From: Candidatus Bathyarchaeota archaeon
GTDB taxonomy: Archaea > Thermoproteota > Bathyarchaeia > Bathyarchaeales > Bathycorpusculaceae
Direction of reading: 5' to 3'
DNA: 64,000 bases
Assembly (NCBI GenBank): GCA_963826715.1
Contig: CAWGYA010000002.1
Location: forward strand, 256,001 to 320,000
A program made the position numbers and the translations under genes. Positions 60,203 through 64,000 of this stretch are shown piece by piece. Position 1 is the stretch's first letter. Every line of letters starts with the position of its first letter. The notes beneath the pieces are model-generated. The model ran no database searches. It was not told the origin of the DNA and saw only the letters and a list, made by a program, of their open reading frames with translations.

Positions 60203-61729
60203 TTATCTCACCTGTGTCCTCCGTAACCAATCAAGATCCTGACTAAAAATCATGCGAATGTCATCAATTCCACTCCGCATCATGAAGAGCCGGTCCACTC
60301 CCAAACCCCATGCAATAACAGGAACTTTAACTCCAAGAGGTATAGTGACTTCTGGGCGGAAAATTCCTGACCCTCCGAACTCAATCCAACCGTAGCCCTC
60401 TTTGTAGGCGCTTAGTTCGACACTTGGTTCAGTGAATGGAAAATAGTCAGGTTTAAAGCGGACTTTATCTGCTCCCGCGATTTCAAGGGCAAACTTTCCT
60501 AAGACTCCAAGGAGGTCCTTTAGAGTGAGATTTTCATCGATTATGATGCCTTCAACTTGGTTAAATTCACTGAGATGAGTGCGATCAGTTATTTCGGGTC
60601 GGTATACACGTGCGATGCTGAAATGACGGCTTGGCACCGTAAACTTTCTTGATTCTAGGGTTCGAGCGCTTAGACATGTACCGTGACCCCGTAAGATCAA
60701 CCTTTGAGCAGCCTCAAGAGAGAAGGAGTAGCCCCAACCGGTGCTACCGGTATCATCGCCATTCTCATGGGTACCTTTAACACTCTCAAGTGCTACCGCG
60801 TGATTTTCAATGTTGCCATACTTGGGGTCCTTAATGTAATAGATATCTGAGGGCTCACGTGCAGGATGATCTTGAGGCACATAGAGCGCGTCAAAGTTGA
60901 AAAAACTGGTCTCAACCGCTGTCCCAGTCATCTCCTGAAAACCAAGTTGTACTAACTTAGCGCGAACCTCGTCAAGAAAGCTTAGATAAGGATGTTTTTT
61001 TCCGCCCCAAGTTTTCGCAACGGGGGCTTCTATGTTATATTTCTGAAGTTTGGCATCACGCCATTTGCCTGTGATTATGAGTTCTGCAGTGAGCTTAGTA
61101 ATTTCGGGAAGAACTGTTGCATTTTGGGATGCAACTTTACCTTCATGAGTGGTTTTAAGTTTGCGAGTTGTTTTGGGTTCTATAGTTAAGAGTTTACGTT
61201 TTTTAAGCTGCTCAGCCGCATCTTTGAGTTCATCGCTCAAGTCGTCAAGTGCCTCAAGCTCTTTGTCACAGAGGTGTTTGAGAAGGGCTTCGTCGCAGCC
61301 TTCGGGAATCGACATGTTGTGAATCAGGTTTTCGCTGATATGTAAATTGTTAGTTTGTGGGGAGTAGACTGCCCATTTCTTTCTGATAACCCATCCCAGG
61401 GCAATTTGGATGAACTGCGCTTCAAGTCCCGCTTGCTGGGCCGCCATACGTAAATCTGCCGTACCTCCAAGCTCTGCTACTTTTTGGATGAGTTTTCTTT
61501 CAGGTAGCTTATTTTTGGCGTATGCTTTGCCTTCAGCGGTGAGTTTAATTATGCTTTGGGTAGTGGCTTGTATGGTCAAAAGACCGCTTTCTTGCAGGGT
61601 AAGAGCAGAGCGCATGACAGCGGCATCTGAGAAGCTACATTCTTCAACTAGTTTCTCCACGGAAGCACTTCCGCCTTGTTCCTCTATTGCAGCAAGCAGC
61701 TGTTGTTCTTGAGCTCTAAGTTCAACCAT
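60203..61729 (-). CDS. pheS: phenylalanyl-tRNA synthetase alpha subunit
   Basis: NFDALYVPQDHPAR, THLSEFNQVEG, YFPFTEPS, WGLGVDR. Confidence 0.96.
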   Translation of the reverse strand: MVELRAQEQQLLAAIEEQGGSASVEKLVEECSFSDAAVMRSALTLQESGLLTIQATTQSIIKLTAEGKAYAKNKLPERKLIQKVAELGGTADLRMAAQQAGLEAQFIQIALGWVIRKKWAVYSPQTNNLHISENLIHNMSIPEGCDEALLKHLCDKELEALDDLSDELKDAAEQLKKRKLLTIEPKTTRKLKTTHEGKVASQNATVLPEITKLTAELIITGKWRDAKLQKYNIEAPVAKTWGGKKHPYLSFLDEVRAKLVQLGFQEMTGTAVETSFFNFDALYVPQDHPAREPSDIYYIKDPKYGNIENHAVALESVKGTHENGDDTGSTGWGYSFSLEAAQRLILRGHGTCLSARTLESRKFTVPSRHFSIARVYRPEITDRTHLSEFNQVEGIIIDENLTLKDLLGVLGKFALEIAGADKVRFKPDYFPFTEPSVELSAYKEGYGWIEFGGSGIFRPEVTIPLGVKVPVIAWGLGVDRLFMMRSGIDDIRMIFSQDLDWLRRTQVR

Positions 61730-62076
61730 ATCAATGCAGCCTTTCCTAAGTTTTTCAGTCCGTAAAAGTAGTTCTTTCGCCTCAGATAAAAGCATGCTGA
61801 TTTATTGCAATTCAAGAATAATTAATCAAAAATAAAACATGTACATCTCTACAGCTGTCCGTAAACTATTTTTATTTAAAAACGCTGAATCAAAAATTCT
61901 TGTCAAACAAAAACCTGAGTGCATCCCTTACTGATCCATTGAAAACAAGCTGAAAAAAAGAGAAAATCAAGGTTGATATCAAACCTAATAGGGGGACAAA
62001 AAGCGCCGATCGAATTGAGGCTTTTTGCAAAAATTAGAAATACATGTTTATCAATATTTATTATTAGGAGAACGGC

Positions 62077-62250
62077 ATGGTTGACTACGTAAAGGGAGCT
62101 GAGCCGGACAGATGGCATTGGATTAAGAATTGTAAGCAATATCCTCGTGTAATTTTCCGCAGACGCCTTATTCGACCAAGCGCTGACTTATGTGACAATT
62201 GCTTAGATTTAGAGAAAAAAGCGTCAATTCATCAAGAATTAGCGGCATAA
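62077..62250 (+). CDS. His/Cys micro-protein, 57 aa
   Basis: AGGAG SD; WHW...C...LCDNC. Confidence 0.65.
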   Translation: MVDYVKGAEPDRWHWIKNCKQYPRVIFRRRLIRPSADLCDNCLDLEKKASIHQELAA

Positions 62251-62309
62251 TTTTCCCTTAAAAAACTTGAAGCGACTTAAATGCCAGCGTAAGCGCTATA
62301 TTTCTAGAA

Positions 62310-62414
62310 TTATTTTGATTTGCCTGCTTTCTTGGCGCATGCTGCGCTACAGTACTTCTTTTTAGCATCAAAAGTAGTGTAGGCTTTTTTGCAGACCGCA
62401 CACTTCTTGTCCAA
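62310..62414 (-). CDS. Zn-finger micro-protein, 34 aa
   Basis: GGAGGA SD; CAVC...KYCSAAC. Confidence 0.65.
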   Translation of the reverse strand: MDKKCAVCKKAYTTFDAKKKYCSAACAKKAGKSK

Positions 62415-62528
62415 ACTAAATCCTCCTTTGTCTCCTAAATTAATTGTCTTAAGTGTAAAAAGATTTCGAAGCCAAAAATGCATAATATTCAAGTATCATT
62501 CCTGAACAAAAAATAGTGAACGTTTTTT

Positions 62529-62786
62529 TTATGTAGAAGATTCCTTAACGATTGCTTTAGGCTTCAAAACTAGATTCAATTTTAGAGCAAACTCATATTC
62601 ACCGTGTTCCTTGCTTACTGACACGTTAAAACCTTCAACAGTTACGCTCATGGGTTCGCCTCTAGATATTTCTTGTATATTGCCGACTAAATCTCGAACT
62701 TTACCGATGATTTCGGTGATGTCCAAGTTGGCGGTTGAGGTTTTATTGTCTTCTGGCGCAGTTTTATTTACGTCGATTTCAGCCAT
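62529..62786 (-). CDS. hypothetical protein
   Basis: 85-aa ORF with AGGAG SD. Confidence 0.65.
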   Translation of the reverse strand: MAEIDVNKTAPEDNKTSTANLDITEIIGKVRDLVGNIQEISRGEPMSVTVEGFNVSVSKEHGEYEFALKLNLVLKPKAIVKESST

Positions 62787-62960
62787 TTTTAATCTCCTTC
62801 AAATAATCATTAAATGAGGGGCTTTAAAGGTATGTGACTGCAACACGACAAGCACAAGTAAACAAATTTAGGGACGACGGAATCTGTTTTGGACGGTTTT
62901 TAGGAGGGTTTGTAGAAATAGTCTTAAACTCGAGTCTGCGTATCTATCAGCGAAGTTTGT

Positions 62961-64000
62961 ATGCCGACGAATTTGCCGCCTGAAGCCATGGATAAATGGG
63001 AAGAAGTAGAGGCAGCCCACACTCCGAAAGAAAAAATGGACAAGATGATAGAGTTTCTAAAGTATGTCCCACAGCACAAAGGAACAATGAAACTCCGTGG
63101 CGAAATTAAACGCAAAATCGCGATCATCCGCGATGACATCGAAAACAAGAGGCGGAAGGGAACTGGAAAGAGTAGTGGTGGACCTAAACTTTTCATAGAG
63201 AAGGGAGCTTCGGCGCAGGTGGCTTTGGTTGGAATGACAAACGTTGGTAAAAGCTGCTTAATGTCCGCAACAACAAACTCGAAAGTTGTTGTTACTCCCA
63301 CACCCTTTAGCACTCATGAACCTGTTCCGGGTATCATGACCTATAAGGATGTTCAATTCCAGATTGTAGAGGCACCAGCCGTGATGGAAGGGGCGGCAGA
63401 AGGCAAAGCAGGCGGCAACGTGACGCTGGGGTTGGCGCGGAACGCTGACGGCATTATTTTAATGCTTGATTTAAGTCGTGATACCGTTATACAGTTGGAA
63501 TTGATTTTAACAGAGTTGGAAAAGAGTCGCGTTTTAGTGAGCAAACCAACTGGTGGACGCGTGGAAATTGAGAGGCGCCCCGCTGGTGCAAGACTTCGAG
63601 TGGTTGTTGTTGGGAGACTAATTGATTGCAGCATGCGCGAGGTTGAGGAGTTATTACGCACATACCGAATCAACGACGCAATTGTACACGTCAAAGGCGA
63701 AGTCACAATAGATGATGTTGAAGATGCAATATATGAAAACACCATCTACAAACCCGCAGTTGTGGTAGCTAACAAGTTAGATTTGCCGGGTGCATCAAAA
63801 AATCTGCAGCGATTAAAGCAGCACGTAAAAGACAAATTACCAATTGTTGCAATGTCCTGTGAACAGAAAATCGGTTTAGAGGAACTCGGCAACGCAGTCT
63901 TTGAATCACTTGGGATTATCCGCATTTACACAAAAGAACCCAGCGCAAAAGTACATAGCAAGCACCCCTTCGCATTGCGCAAAGGCGCCACCATGAATGA
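62961..64000 (+). CDS. DRG/OBG-family GTPase (partial, runs off window)
   Basis: MPTNLPPEA...PQHKGT...GMTNVGKS...ANKLD; absent from the ORF track because no stop lies in the window. Confidence 0.92.
   Translation, partial: MPTNLPPEAMDKWEEVEAAHTPKEKMDKMIEFLKYVPQHKGTMKLRGEIKRKIAIIRDDIENKRRKGTGKSSGGPKLFIEKGASAQVALVGMTNVGKSCLMSATTNSKVVVTPTPFSTHEPVPGIMTYKDVQFQIVEAPAVMEGAAEGKAGGNVTLGLARNADGIILMLDLSRDTVIQLELILTELEKSRVLVSKPTGGRVEIERRPAGARLRVVVVGRLIDCSMREVEELLRTYRINDAIVHVKGEVTIDDVEDAIYENTIYKPAVVVANKLDLPGASKNLQRLKQHVKDKLPIVAMSCEQKIGLEELGNAVFESLGIIRIYTKEPSAKVHSKHPFALRKGATMN

Noticed and set aside
62924-63745. Minus-strand ORFs of 129 and 130 aa (and similar antisense ORFs over pfkA, aguB, mdh, pheS and others)
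   Set aside because: Shadows of well-supported genes on the opposite strand

Overview
Archaeal chromosomal window, most likely Bathyarchaeia (inferred from PEF-CTERM remnants, TrmB fusions, mch, multi-intron tRNAs and nop5/fibrillarin). The housekeeping backbone includes pfkA, a glycogen/sugar cluster, tpiA, rnhB-fibrillarin-nop5, aguBA, pyrB, mdh, mch, pheST and a DRG GTPase. AT-rich accessory patches full of micro-ORFs and pseudogenes interrupt it. Main highlights: (1) a complete 7,556-bp element integrated in tRNA-Trp with perfect 35-bp att repeats and an SSV-type integrase split in frame into Int(N) and Int(C). (2) A wHTH + ATP-cone + class III RNR (NrdD) fusion lacking the glycyl-radical Gly and both active-site Cys motifs, a candidate nucleotide-sensing pseudo-enzyme regulator. 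(3) A second tyrosine recombinase followed by a highly structured GC-rich non-coding element, which recurs as a diverged inverted copy 2.5 kb away, plus tandem AbrB-like micro-genes. (4) A two-intron tRNA-Trp whose canonical intron carries C/D-box motifs and guides against its own anticodon arm. (5) A candidate C/D sRNA with three D boxes. No CRISPR array or rRNA was seen. All calls come from reading the sequence; no database search was run.
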